From assembly GCA_043228905.1 (NCBI GenBank), contig JBHGNT010000021.1, positions 8,432,001 through 8,496,000 of the forward strand: a DNA stretch of 64,000 nucleotides, written 5' to 3'. Within the stretch, counting starts at the first letter, position 1; each line of letters starts with the position of its first letter. Both the position numbers and the translations under genes were made by a program. The stretch is from Azolla caroliniana (lineage: Eukaryota; Plantae; Polypodiophyta). Under the pieces are notes generated by a model that was given only the letters and a program-made list of their open reading frames with translations, was not told the origin of the DNA and ran no database searches. Below, piece by piece: positions 51,864 to 64,000 of the stretch.

Positions 51864-54800
51864 TGAGATGGTTGTCGATTGTACACCTGTCAAACCAAAA
51901 CTCAAAGATATCCACCCAACAATATTGTATTCCAATCCCTTCTCACCTTATGCAAAAGGGTTTCAAATGATGTAATTTGGTTAATTCACTTTATTTTGCC
52001 AACACTGTAGTCATTTCATGTGATTTATAACCACAATTCACCTGGTATCTTCTTACATTCACATCTTCAATTTTATTTATATCTTCTTGCTTAAAATCCT
52101 TCACACAATTTCACTTAGACATCCACATAGTCAACATGTGACACACTAACATGCATCTTGTTTCACACATGTACTTGCCGAACGCAAGCATACACATACA
52201 CACAAAATTATGCACATTCAATTGCACAACGTTTTCACATCCCATATATTCACATCTCGAAACATAAACTTGCTGAATATGAATACATTCACATACTCAT
52301 GTGTGAACACACACATTGCAATACAAACACATGCACCACAACCAATAAGCTAAACACACATATTTACACATTCTAGCATGAATGATTGTTAATTCAAATC
52401 AAATTGCAAATGGAGAACCATGCATGTTTCATTCATGATACCACATTATTTTGCACATAGACTGCATAATTTTCACAAACGTTGATTGGCAAATTGAAGT
52501 ATCCATTCCATCTTCCTTGGTTGAGGTTCTTGATGGTCTTGCTTTTCCCTTTCACATTCTTCTTGGAGATTCTCATACAAATATGAAGGACATCGAAGTT
52601 GAGAATCATTTTATTCAAAGTGTTTAGAGGACAAGAGCATGGAGCTAGTTTAGATATCTTTAGATGGATATTATTTAGATCTTTATATTAGGAGCATAGC
52701 ACTAAATATGTTGTGTATCAATGGAACCTCAAATTTGTCTTGAATATTGTTTGTGTGGGTAGTTATGCATATACCTTATTTAAGTGGAGTTTGTTGGGTT
52801 TAAGGACAATGACAATTGCCCCTTTGAGGTACCCAAGTATGGATACACTAGTTCCCATATATAATACAAAACCATAACGAATCAGGTACATCCTTGCACC
52901 ACCATTCCATCTTGTGTGTATGTCTCCTTGTGTTTTTGGTCATTTAAAATAACATCTTATGTGCTTTATAAAAGTAATAAGTACATATGTAAAATGATTT
53001 GTAGATGTTTATGGAATTTCTTTCAATCGAAACATTTTTTTTTTTACAAAATAATAATGGTTAACTTCCATAAGTTCTCAATCCAAAGGCTCGGATTCTG
53101 TGCTTCTTAAAAAGTAAGCTTTAATTCAATAAGACGACCATAGGGCATGACCTCAAAAGCTTCAAACTTGTTATTAATGTATTAAGAAAAAGATTGTGAA
53201 TTAATCACACATTCACTCTTAACATTTATGCATTGAAGTTTGCTCTCATGCTAGGGGATTGACCTCGGCATACATGTTCATTTTATATTTATGCTTTAGC
53301 TTTGGCAAGGCCTTTGGCTTATGTGTCTAGCTCACATTATGGGATAGCGATTCCTTATGAAGGTATGGTGTTGATGGTGGGGTCTCTTGACTCTTAAGGA
53401 ATACTCTCATGATTATGTTAGTATTCATTTGTATGTGCCAAAGAATTGAATTTAATGTAAAGACGACTCTATTTTTAATATGTTAGTATTAATTTGTGCA
53501 CAATACTTATCTTCACGATATGGCCTTGGGCACAATGACGTAAAGTCTTGATTTTTATCCTCTTTTATGCACACAGTATTTTTGTTTCCAACTCATATAA
53601 ATTTCACGTGACTTTTTTGAAAATAATTTTATCAAAGAAAAAGGCCCTTTGAATTTTTCTTGATCATAAAAAATCATTTACTTCAAAAAAATGATCAAAT
53701 AGGCTTAGTGTCCAAGACTATATCGTCAATCAAACCAAGCATCTCACATTTTTACCTATGAAATATATTGTAATATTTGCAAAATTTAAATTCCAAATTT
53801 GCAACCAATCTCATCCCTTGATGACCATCCAAATCAATCTCATCTCTTGGTGATGACAATTGTCCCTTGACAACTCACATTTGCTATAGAGATGATGACC
53901 TTTTTAGCTAGATGACAGATGAATAGCAATATGTTCATTTAACATGGACGCTTTTAGTTACTCTCAATACGGCACACTTGTAGGGGCATTTGATAGAAAC
54001 ACTTTTGTTAGATTATGAGACGTGGAATCACATGCTCATTTGATTTTAGGGGCTTTAGATAGAGATAGTTTTGTTGGATTCATGAGATATGGAGTCACAT
54101 GTTCATTTAATACATAATAACTTATGATTACCATTATTCATTTGCTTTATGTTTACGTGGCATGGGCTTTAGATAGACATACTTTTGTTGGGTTCACAAG
54201 ACACAAATGAACTTGTTCAAGTATTGTAATAGAAAGTTCTTAGCATTTCATTTTTATTCCCTTTTTTTCGGTATTTGATGTTACGTCAAAGGCATGGCCA
54301 AAGAAACAAGGAAATGGAAGGACTTCAACAAATCTATCACAACTCAAACAAGATTACCTTCTAAAGGCAATTTTCAGGTTCCAAAAACATAGTTTGAAAA
54401 CATAATTGTACATACAATTTCAGCTTCTCAAGAGGATGCAATTCACTATCTTATTTGGATGCCATACACAATAAGGGGAATTCAACCATCACAATACTTC
54501 AACCTCAATCAAGAGCGCCCCCATGCTTACATAACTTGAAAAGTTACCCTAGAAATGCCATACAAATTAAAAAAGCAAATATATTTCATCGCTTCAAAAT
54601 ATGCATAATTTACATGCAATGACAACATATATATGTGGGAAGATGTGCAACATTTGACAAGGTTACATATCGTAGAAAAAAACGTTCTAATGTTCGGTAT
54701 GATTAGAAAATAACCACACTAGCCCCAAGAGATTACATATTGTAGAAAAGCTTGCTTATGTTGGAATATTGATCCAACTATACAACAAATACAATATAAC

Positions 54801-55614
54801 CACGAGAAGCATCTAAAAGAGAGAGGAGACAACTTTCTATAATTCTTTCCAAATTATGCACACTGTGTGAGGAAACATATGCTGTTGTTTTGTGTCATCT
54901 TTGTGTTAAATTAGAAGTATCAATGTGCATGATATGTGCACAAATAAGCCACAAACTATTTCCTACAACAAGAAAACGCCAATTTCCGTTTGTTTCCCCT
55001 TGGTTATGCAAATATTCATTGCATTGATTGCCAAGTGTAGATTTTGATGCTTGCATGCGATAAAGAGCACATACTTCCTTGCGTTTCTATACAATGTTGT
55101 AGCATTACGAGGTTATGCACATTGGCCCCAATAAGTAGACTTATGCTCTTGTATCCTTTCATTGCATATGCACGCATAACTTGAATGTTATCTATGTGAT
55201 GAAGCTAATCCAATGACATCACTGCATAAGATCTTTTATCTTCTCGAAGTACCAATTAATAACGCTTCATTAGCATAAGGAATGAATTTCCTTTGCGATA
55301 ACTCTTAGTGCGAGACCTTGGTACCTTCAAGAAGAGGCGAATTAACTTCTATTTTTCGAAGCCCTTCGACAGGAAGGAGGATTGGCAATCCTTTGTAGTG
55401 TAGACACGGTTACTAGTTTTTAGTTGTCCAATTGTTATTCTAGGCAAATTAATTTTGCCTTAGGAGCAAACATTGGTAAGTAGTAATCATATAAGGGTAT
55501 ATTGGGGTAGGGGGGTTGAACATATGGCATAGATAAGCTCATAATGCTAAGGTCCTTGTGGCAACGTGTTAGGGAGTGATGACGAGTGTGAGTGGACATT
55601 CATTATAGACATGA

Positions 55615-56436
55615 CTAGAACTTGTGAGCTCTTTGGATCCATGGATGGAAAAGCAGGTCTTTGAGCTTCATTCTCTTATGAGGGTTCCTTTGCAACATGC
55701 CCTGAAGCAAAGACTTGGCATTGTCGGATATCGAAGGCCACGGGTCCTTGTGAAGATCGATCCGGCCCCTTCGAATGGCGGCGAAGATGTCTCTAGTCTC
55801 TTCCCCTCTAAAAGGTGGGTATCCAGATAGCATAATGTAGAGGAGCACCCCAAGGCTCCAAATGTCCACTCTCTCATCATATTTGCCCATCAAGACATCG
55901 GGTGCGAGGTACCATGGAGTGCCCTCAAGGTCCCGGAACTCCTTGGTCCTCGAGAAGTCGGCCGCGGCCCCAAAATCGGCAAGCTTGAGCTCCGAGAAAG
56001 GCGAGGCCTCGCGAGGGAATAGGATGTTCTCCGCCTTGAGGTCTCGGTGCATGATACCCCGGGAGTGGCAAAATGACACGGCTTTGAGGATCGCGGCCAT
56101 GGCCTCCGAGGCTTGGGCCTCGGAGAGCGGCCCGTTCTCTTGTATGTATTCGCAAAGGTCTCCGCCCTCGCATAGGTCCACGACTAGGTGGATGTGATCC
56201 CGGTCCTCAAACTGGTCATGGAAGCATAGGATGTTTGGGTGCCCGCGGAGGAGGTTCTCTAGGAAGGAGATCTCGTTGAGGATGTGGCGGACGGACGAGG
56301 GGTTGGATTTGGGGATGGATTTGCATGCGAGGCGGCAGCCCGAGCGCCGGTCGGTGCATAGCCGAACGACTCCGTCGATGCCTTGCCCTAGTGTGGGGCC
56401 AAAGTCATACTTGCGGGTTCTCGAGGTTTTCATCAT
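55615..56436 (-). CDS. Intronless Ser/Thr kinase, CDPK-SnRK superfamily, kinase domain only (PPCK/PEPRK-like), 273 aa
   Basis: LGQGIDGVV, ACKSIPK, HPNI, DLCEGGDL, HRDLKAEN, LADFG, GTPWYLAPDVL, DIWSLGV, GYPPF, DPWPSIS..AKSL, HPWI, then stop. First ATG at 56436 (the ORF track starts at an upstream TTG). Confidence 0.88.
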   Translation of the reverse strand: MMKTSRTRKYDFGPTLGQGIDGVVRLCTDRRSGCRLACKSIPKSNPSSVRHILNEISFLENLLRGHPNILCFHDQFEDRDHIHLVVDLCEGGDLCEYIQENGPLSEAQASEAMAAILKAVSFCHSRGIMHRDLKAENILFPREASPFSELKLADFGAAADFSRTKEFRDLEGTPWYLAPDVLMGKYDERVDIWSLGVLLYIMLSGYPPFRGEETRDIFAAIRRGRIDLHKDPWPSISDNAKSLLQGMLQRNPHKRMKLKDLLFHPWIQRAHKF

Positions 56437-57132
56437 GCTCTTCAATCCAATTCCCCTTTATATATGTGATTTATATAGGCCTCTATATCAATAAATCAAA
56501 TCAATCTATCAATCTATCTATCCATCTTGCATGTGTGAGAGTATGTAAACATGTGCAAAATCCTGAATTAGGGTTAGGGTCTCTGCCTATGAATGCTGCC
56601 TTTGTTAGTTAAGAAGAGGGAGACAGCTTTAGGGGATCCTCTCTGTACACAATGTGGATTGTTCTTTCTTTATTTTAAAGGAGCTACATACATATTTATA
56701 TGCATATCTAAACATGTGTGTATAAAAGCCACACCCCACAAAGATTCCATAATTGCAACATTATGTGTGTTGGTTTTATACTACACAATCATGTCTCTTT
56801 TATTTCTATACCCCACGTATTTTATGAATATGTCTACATGTACACATATACATAGATGAATTGTGCATGTATCCATGTCTAGTATTCGAGAGGGCGATGA
56901 TTGTCAAGTCCATGAGATACAAATTGAGATTAGGTTTCGAAGTTTAATGTGATTAATTTTCTTCGTGTTTACCAACATAGTTTTGTAGAAATGAAAACAC
57001 GATAGATAGCTATCTTTTTAATGACCAGGGAGACCGATTGCGATCTATGAGATGAAACATAACCCATAATGAGGATCTAACTTGGGGTTTCTCCATTTTA
57101 GGACTCTTGATGCTACAATGTAAACCACCAAA

Positions 57133-57176
<44 letters not shown>

Positions 57177-57244
57177 CAATTTCATGACTTTTGATGCTAT
57201 AGTGTAAACCACCAAGTGGAGAGAGAGAGAGAAAGAAAGAAAGA

Positions 57245-60200
57245 TATATTACCGTCTTCTAAGGCCAAAATTTGGCCCATGAGACAATTGGTGTACAATA
57301 AAATAGGGTGTCTACCGAATCATCGAAATAAAAATAAAAATAAAAATAGAACTTAAGCTAAAAGAGTTCTAGTATTCGTACAAAACGTGTTATGGTGTAA
57401 CATATTCAATAAAGGAAATTACTTTGTACTAGGCCTAGTTTCATTTCCATCCAAGTCTCTCGAAAAGAAGTGGGAGGTCAAAGGGTTTCGGTGTGGGTGT
57501 GACTTGTGGTCTCGATGTGGAAGGTACCCCAAAAATGGCTTCCAAGCGGTGTAGGTCACATTCCCTTATTTTCGTAATTGCTTTTACACCACGTTGAGTT
57601 GCTTTGAAACCTGGCATCTGAGGGCATTTGGTTCTTCTTTGGTTTTGTACTCCATCAAGGAAGAGGCTGAGTGGTGCATGTGTGTCCATATTCGTTGTCT
57701 CCCCTTGTTCCTGGAAAACTTCATTTGTCACATGTTGGTGAATATTAAAAACGTTATTGTCAACATTTTGTAGTATATTCTCTCTATGTTGTTTTAGCTC
57801 TAAAATATATCTACCTAATTTCTTTATATCTAGAGTATCTAATAGTTTGGGGAGGGTGGGAGAGGGACTGAGTATGTCCCGATATTTTGCCCTTATCTCG
57901 GCGTAAGTTGAACACTTGCATGTAAAGTGGTACTCATCCTCTATCTCTATGTGACATAATCTACATATCCTTTTCTCTCTAGGGACTCCATTAGTACGAT
58001 CATTCTCAATCCCAAGTTGGTGAGATGATATTCTAAGTTGTCCAATGGCAACATGCATTTGGTATGAATGAGACATTTTGGTCGTGTAATAAAACCTAAC
58101 TTAAAGACGTGCATGATGTGATCCTTATAGTACAAAATTTTAGATGAGAGTGGCTCTAATGGGGAGATCCATTTATACCGAGTGTAAATTTGCCATATTT
58201 CTTGGCGTATTACTTTATTACGGTCCTCATGAGAGGTTAAAGTGTTATCAATTGCGTGGTTGTACCTAAGGGGAGGTAGGTTATTAATGTCTAGACCATT
58301 TGCGAGAAGCCAACTCACCATCATGCCATACAATGAGCTAGTACAACCGGACTCATATAGAGATTGAGATGCCTCAAAAGCTTGATGAGATATCTTATCA
58401 TGTGGTTGGCTATGTATCCTTGAATAAAGACTACAAGTTGAAAAAGTGCTTCTACTAACATCAGGGGTAAGGTGAACTCAACTCTAATAATGTCATGTGG
58501 TACTCAGAGTTGGCATGATAACATCATCACCAATGGTCTCTCTAATTGCGTCCACATGAAAGACGGTAGCCCTAGAGCCCAAACCACTGATGCATACATG
58601 AGGGAAGGTGTTATGGGCATGACCATATAATATCCTGTGGTGAGAATTTACCATAGTATTCTATACATGTGGATAAGTGTTCGTAACAGAGGGGGTCACT
58701 AATGAGTCGAAGAGCCACCCCTTAGTCCGTGGTTCTTGAAAGTATGCTTGGTGGCATTGTCTCTCTAAGAGTGAGAGGGATGCATGTCCTCTCATAAGTC
58801 TATCCTTCACTGCTTGTGTCATAGAAAATTTACTTGAGCGGGCACTGAAAGTGACTATGAGATATACATATTATCCAACTACCTCAATTGGGCTATGGGG
58901 GATGGTTAGGTGACACTTAGTTCTAACTTGAGCCGATGTGTGGAAGATAAGGACTTTAGTTTTCCCTAGGTTCACTACCAATCCTCGTTGTGTGCAAAAG
59001 TCATCTAAGGCATTAAGGTGCCTTTATAGGTCGTGTTCGGGCTCAGAGAGCAAAACTATGTCGTCTACATAGAGCAAGATACGAACCTGTGTACCCCCAA
59101 GGACTACTCCGTTGCCTCCCTTACGTGCAATAAAATCCGTGATCTCATCAGTGTAGATCCCAAAAAGAGTTGGTGATAGGGGGCAACCTTGTTTTACACC
59201 AATAGTGCTAGTGAAGCGGTTGGATAGGCCACTTGGGCATCGTACGCACCTGAAGACTTGTTCATATAGTGCGTAGATGGCCCAAATCATGTCATCTGGT
59301 ATCTTCAAGATTTTAAGCCTATCAAACAACCGCTTTCTAGGGACTTTGTCAAAGGCTATGTGGAAGCCCACAAAACGACAATATAATTTCTTCTTGCGAG
59401 CCTTTGTCTTGTCAATTAAGCATCTAAGTGTTAAGATATGATCAATAATAGAGAAGGCTCGTCTAAAGCCAACCTGTTCAGGTGCTCAAAGATTTAAGGT
59501 CTCCATATAATCGCTAAGCACTACTTCCATTATTGTACCATATAATTTAGTGAATGTATGACCTATCATAATGGTCCTATATGTATTTGGGTCCATGGGG
59601 TCTCCTCCTTTATGTATAGGGCCCACTATGTTCATAGTCCATTGTGGTGGAAAACCCTTGGCGAGGGCACGATTGAATATTAGAGTTAGAAAGGGAGCTA
59701 GGCACTCTCGCGCATATATGATGTGTTTTGCTCGCAATCCTGTGTGGTCCATGGACTTCCTATGTTGTAATTTCTTAATGACCTTCGTGACCCAAGAGGT
59801 CATGAAAAGTGTCCCCATTGTAGGTCAGGGTGTAGATGACATTGGAATGGGTGGCTGGTTTGGGACTTGGTAAAGTTTCTCTGTATATGTGTGTAAAGTG
59901 TTGGGATCCTCGATGGGTGTTTGTGGCCTTGGTTCATGTAGTCTCTTCCACGCAGTGGCACAATCGCTACTGATGAGCATATACTAGAGTTCCCAATATT
60001 GGGATGCCTCCCACGTTGTTCTCTTACGACGTGTCATCTTGCGCATTTCTTTGCGAGCTTGTAATGAGGTGATAGTAGCACAGAGGTACGATACTTTAAG
60101 TTGTCTATGTAAGTCCCTATAATCCCCATCATACCATCTATTATGTGGCATAGACCCTACTCTACCTTGATTGGAGTGTTTCGTATATGGGAAATTGCTA

Positions 60201-62434
60201 ATTGCTGTGGAGTGAAGGATGTGTGTGAGTTCCGTAGTAAGGCTTTCTAAAGGCAAGGAGGAATCAAGAGAGGAGAGATGGGCCTTAACATGTCTGGAGT
60301 ATATGTTAGAGAGCTCATGTGTGAAATGAATTGTGGTGTGATGGCTTGACTAGAGTTGGTGACGTTGGAGATATCACATTTTAGTTCAAAGTATAAGAAA
60401 CTATGATCCGCGCCAATAGGACATGGGGCCACCCGGAAGGAGTTAATCATGTGGATAGCTTCAAGGCGTCCTATTAGATAATCAACTGTGGTTTCCCCTC
60501 CTCCATGTGGGAAACATGTGAGCTCTTTCGAGCCTGTCCACTTGGCTAAACCGTTATATATGATCATCCGGTGCCAATTGCCAAGTTCTAGTAGATGATG
60601 GCCAAAGCTCGTGGCGTTTGACCTTGATCTTTTGATCTACGTGTAGTGCCTATGTCTAAAGGATCAACATTTACCATTTCTAGGTTTCTATCCGTTTGAA
60701 ATATTGTGCATTGTTGGGATTGGGTTCTCGCGTTGAAATCTCCTACAAAGAAGACTTCTCCTTAGGAAGAATATCGGATTATGTCATCCGATAAAGGTTC
60801 GTATGGAGAAGGCCCATGTGGCGCTCCTTCATCAACTAATCTCGCCTCTCCAGCCATATCATAATGGGATCCTTTCGGGGGAAAGTAACAAATGGCGAAA
60901 AATATCGTGTGGTCCTTGCTAGTGAGGACTTTCACCCACATAAAACGAGTGTCTGGGTCCGTCCTTAGTATTTCTATCATATTATGTAGCTCTCTCCGAA
61001 ATAATATTGCAACACCTCTACATCCTTTGGTAGTGCGTCGATGTGAGGTTTGTCTAAATACGGACTCCCAATGGAATTCTTCGACTCGTGGGAGTCCTCT
61101 ATTTGGGCTTTGGTGTGTTTCTACCAAGAAAAGTATATATGATACCTTTAATATCTCCTCTAAGTGGCTAGGGTGTGTCTAGAGTACGCCATTACAATTC
61201 CATAAGGTGATCCTAAGTGTATTTTTTATCACATGGGCCGCACGCCATCAATTAGTAGTGCGATCATTTATTAATACTCATCCGTTGCGATAAAAGGCGC
61301 GATGCTCTTCTTTACGAGCTTGCATGACTCATGACATGCAACTTTTGTGGTGCTCAATTTGCATCTTAGTGAGGTCTTCATCTAGATAGATAGCGTCCCC
61401 ACCTAATCCTCGAAGAATTGGTCTCTTCTTAAAAAATGTGATTCTAGATTCCAACTCTCTAAACTGCAAGACTAAAGCTCTCTTCCTAGTTGTGTCATGT
61501 CCGACCCTCCAAGTTTTGGTGATTGGTAGGGCCTCTGTGTACCCTAACATTTTCCCAAGTGTTTGTGCATCTTCGTCGGGGGATGCACCTTCCTTGAGTC
61601 CAGTCACACGTACATTTAAGCGTCGGGCTTGGCACATTTTCTCTTCTTCAAGGGTAGTGTTAACAATATTTTCATCTTTTATTTCCTTCTTAATGTTTCG
61701 TTTTACTACGTCTACCTAACCCGTTTTAGCTAACGCCATGTCGTTTAACTTTTTTAATCTCTTCCTTTATATCCTCTATGGAGGATATTTCATCGTTTTC
61801 TCTAGATACCTCAAGGTCATTAAGTTGTTTCTTAAGGTTGGTGTTTTCTACTTTAAGTTTCTCTATTTTGGCCTTAACTGTGTCTTTTTCCTCTCTATCT
61901 CTTTTCTTTTGGGTTTCGGCTTCTTTCACCCATTTTCCCATATCATTCTCTATTTTTGCTAAGTGATTAAACATATCTAAAAAGTCTTCTTTACTTATAG
62001 CCTCATCTTGTGTCTCCTTATGATCTTTTCGTTTAGACGTCATTCTGGTATAAAAAAAATGTAAAAGTAATGGGTGGAAGACTTAACCGAGCCTATGCGG
62101 ACGTCGCATTGACATTGACATTTTGTTGGTTTGCATGTAGCACGCGACGAGCATGCTGAAAGAATCCACAAAAGAAGGCATGCACTCAAAGTGAAACACA
62201 TACACCAACACGACAACCGATACCAGCCACACAATAGACAATAGCAAACGACGATGACACAACAACACGATAGCAAGCGGCAACAATAGACTTCAACACA
62301 ACAAAAACACAGAGTTAGAGAAGCGGTGACAACAACACTGCGACAAATGGTGGCAACACGGCAACGACAGCAGGTGGCGGCGGCGACAACAACAACAACA
62401 ACAGGTGACAACGGCAATAGGAGGCGGTAGCAAG

Positions 62435-62438
<4 letters not shown>
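57245..62438 (-). mobile_element. RTE-X-like LINE, near full length, degenerate (ORF1 from 62043; ORF2 EN-RT-C-terminal Cys/His domain)
   Basis: ORF1 coiled coil plus RRLNVRVTGLKE..IYLDEDLT; EN (VETH, GVAIL, CYFPP, TTVDYL, ADH); RT (AFDKVPR, GVKQGCPLSPTLFGIY, YVDD); C-term LRISSHQL.IE..RICRLC..IEDEYHF..C..Y. Both ends abut (GA)n tracts. Ends are approximate. Confidence 0.85.
58609..58688. mobile_element. 80-bp TG..CA insertion within the LINE RT region
   Basis: Termini TGTTATG..CGTAACA; flanks GAAGG/GAGGG; removing it with one flank copy restores DSLVTPSLMYASVVW. Confidence 0.7.
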
Positions 62439-62488
<50 letters not shown>

Positions 62489-62899
62489 GACAACCTGAGA
62501 GAAGAAGCAAAAGAAGAGGAGAGTTTGTTTTTGCTGCGACAATCTCCATCGGTAACAAAAGTTTACACAGAGACAAGCATTGGAAAGACCTCAATCATAG
62601 CTTCATAAGATAGATTGCAAATTTAAATTGGTGATATCGATAAGTTATAGAAATAGAAATAAAGAACCACGCGTTGTCAACATACACCTACTCAACATGC
62701 GTTAAGGGGCTCTTAATGTCTTCATCATCATCGTTCTCTTCAATTGGGTGAGTTCTGGTTTTCTCTCTTATTCATGGAAAATCTATTTTTATCTTGGCGC
62801 GATATGACATTAAGAATAGAGGACATGAATTGGACTTCCTCGCAATCTGTGGGGGACATAGAAATGGAAACAATTGCTCCAACAAAGAGCAATATTATG

Positions 62900-63800
62900 T
62901 TTGAATGCAATCGCGCAAGGGAAGAATTGGGGAGCTCTAAGAGACTTAAGGGTACGGAGGAATTTAGTGAGAAGAATATGTCGAGTCTAAACAAGGGTCA
63001 CAAAGGTAATCATAATTGGGATAATTTATGGTGTATGGGGATTGCTAATACCTTGTACTTTGATATTGTGGAGAAAAATGAAAATGAAGCAAAAGAATGC
63101 ATTAATGAGGATGTGTATGATGTGGAAGTTGATGCTAAGGCAATTTTGTAGTCGTTTAATTATTCTATGATTGTGTGGTTATATTATTTTTTTACTAGAA
63201 ACTCCCATTCATAAATAGGATTAAATAATGGTTTGACACAATCGTATCACCAAATTGTCTTGAGAATATATATGCAATCCCACAAAGGTTCTATGATGTT
63301 CTATTCCGTTCCCCTGAACATCCAAGTATTGTTGGATCAAGTTGTCGTGTTCTTTGATCAAGGGTTGGTGTATGTAATGTAATGGTTCCCCGCAATGGGC
63401 TATCACGCTTTGTTGAAAAGCATGCAGTTTTATAGTCTATTCTACCATAGTTGATGAGTCAAATGGGTAAAGTATTGATATCCCCACATAAAAATGCTAC
63501 AAATAGATGCAAATTTTGTGTGTTATGGGATATAAAGTCTTAAGATGAAGGGTGTGTATAAGCACACCTAGTATGAGAAGACTTTGTTTTAAAATTGAAG
63601 TGGAAGACATTTGTAGGTCATTGCTTGAATGAGGTCCTATTATGGTGGAATGCAAACACCATTTTATGGAGGTGTTAATGAATGAAGTGGTAAGGAAGGA
63701 GTTGGGAGAAATGTTGGTATGCCAGATATTGTGGTTGGTATGGATGAAGGAATATTATATGTATTAGGTGACAAAGAGGCCTCACTTCAAAGTTTTGGGC
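62900..63800 (+). pseudogene. Possible old L1 ORF1 remnant
   Basis: Broken fragments such as LP*LMSQMGKVL..FCVLWD resemble plant L1 ORF1; many stops. Confidence 0.25.
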
Positions 63801-64000
63801 CTAAGAATAAGGGAAATCAATCTATGGATATGGAAAATCAAAGTCTAGCGCTTATGAATAAGGGGAAAAAAAACAATTTGATACCCTAGTATCAATGCTG
63901 TGGTTGATAAAGATTGAAATAATGCAGAAGGCAAGTCGAAGGACAAATTAATGAATATGCAACGTAATAGTTTGCCACTACTCATGATACTACTTTGCAA

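Noticed and set aside
62040-62594. Cys/Leu-rich 184-aa ORF
   Set aside because: It arises from (TC)n and triplet-like repeats at the LINE 5' end.

Overview
Eukaryotic, repeat-rich land-plant DNA. It is probably a fern or other non-seed vascular plant, inferred from a Tcn1-like gag fragment, an RTE-X-like LINE and the style of the L1 and copia elements; this is not proven. Three intact host genes lie among nested transposons: a 5-exon Nudix hydrolase of the DIPP/NUDX16-like group (22336-25506, +), a 3-exon cis-prenyltransferase (30704-33905, +) and an intronless kinase-domain-only CDPK/PPCK-like kinase (55615-56436, -). Mobile elements include a copia nested in a deleted gypsy, a complete Bianca-type copia (near-identical LTRs, TSD, half-tRNA-Ile PBS), two solo LTRs, a TSD-flanked L1, an RTE-X-like LINE and a TSD-flanked Pack-MULE carrying a His-rich chimeric ORF. 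The most interesting items are the Pack-MULE ORF, unrelated tandem arrays directly upstream of both the Nudix and cis-prenyltransferase genes, the regulatory-domain-less retrogene-like kinase, a perfect 72-bp inverted repeat pair and an 80-bp TG..CA mini-insertion. I found no CRISPR, rRNA or intact tRNA, and I cannot claim a new biological system from sequence alone.
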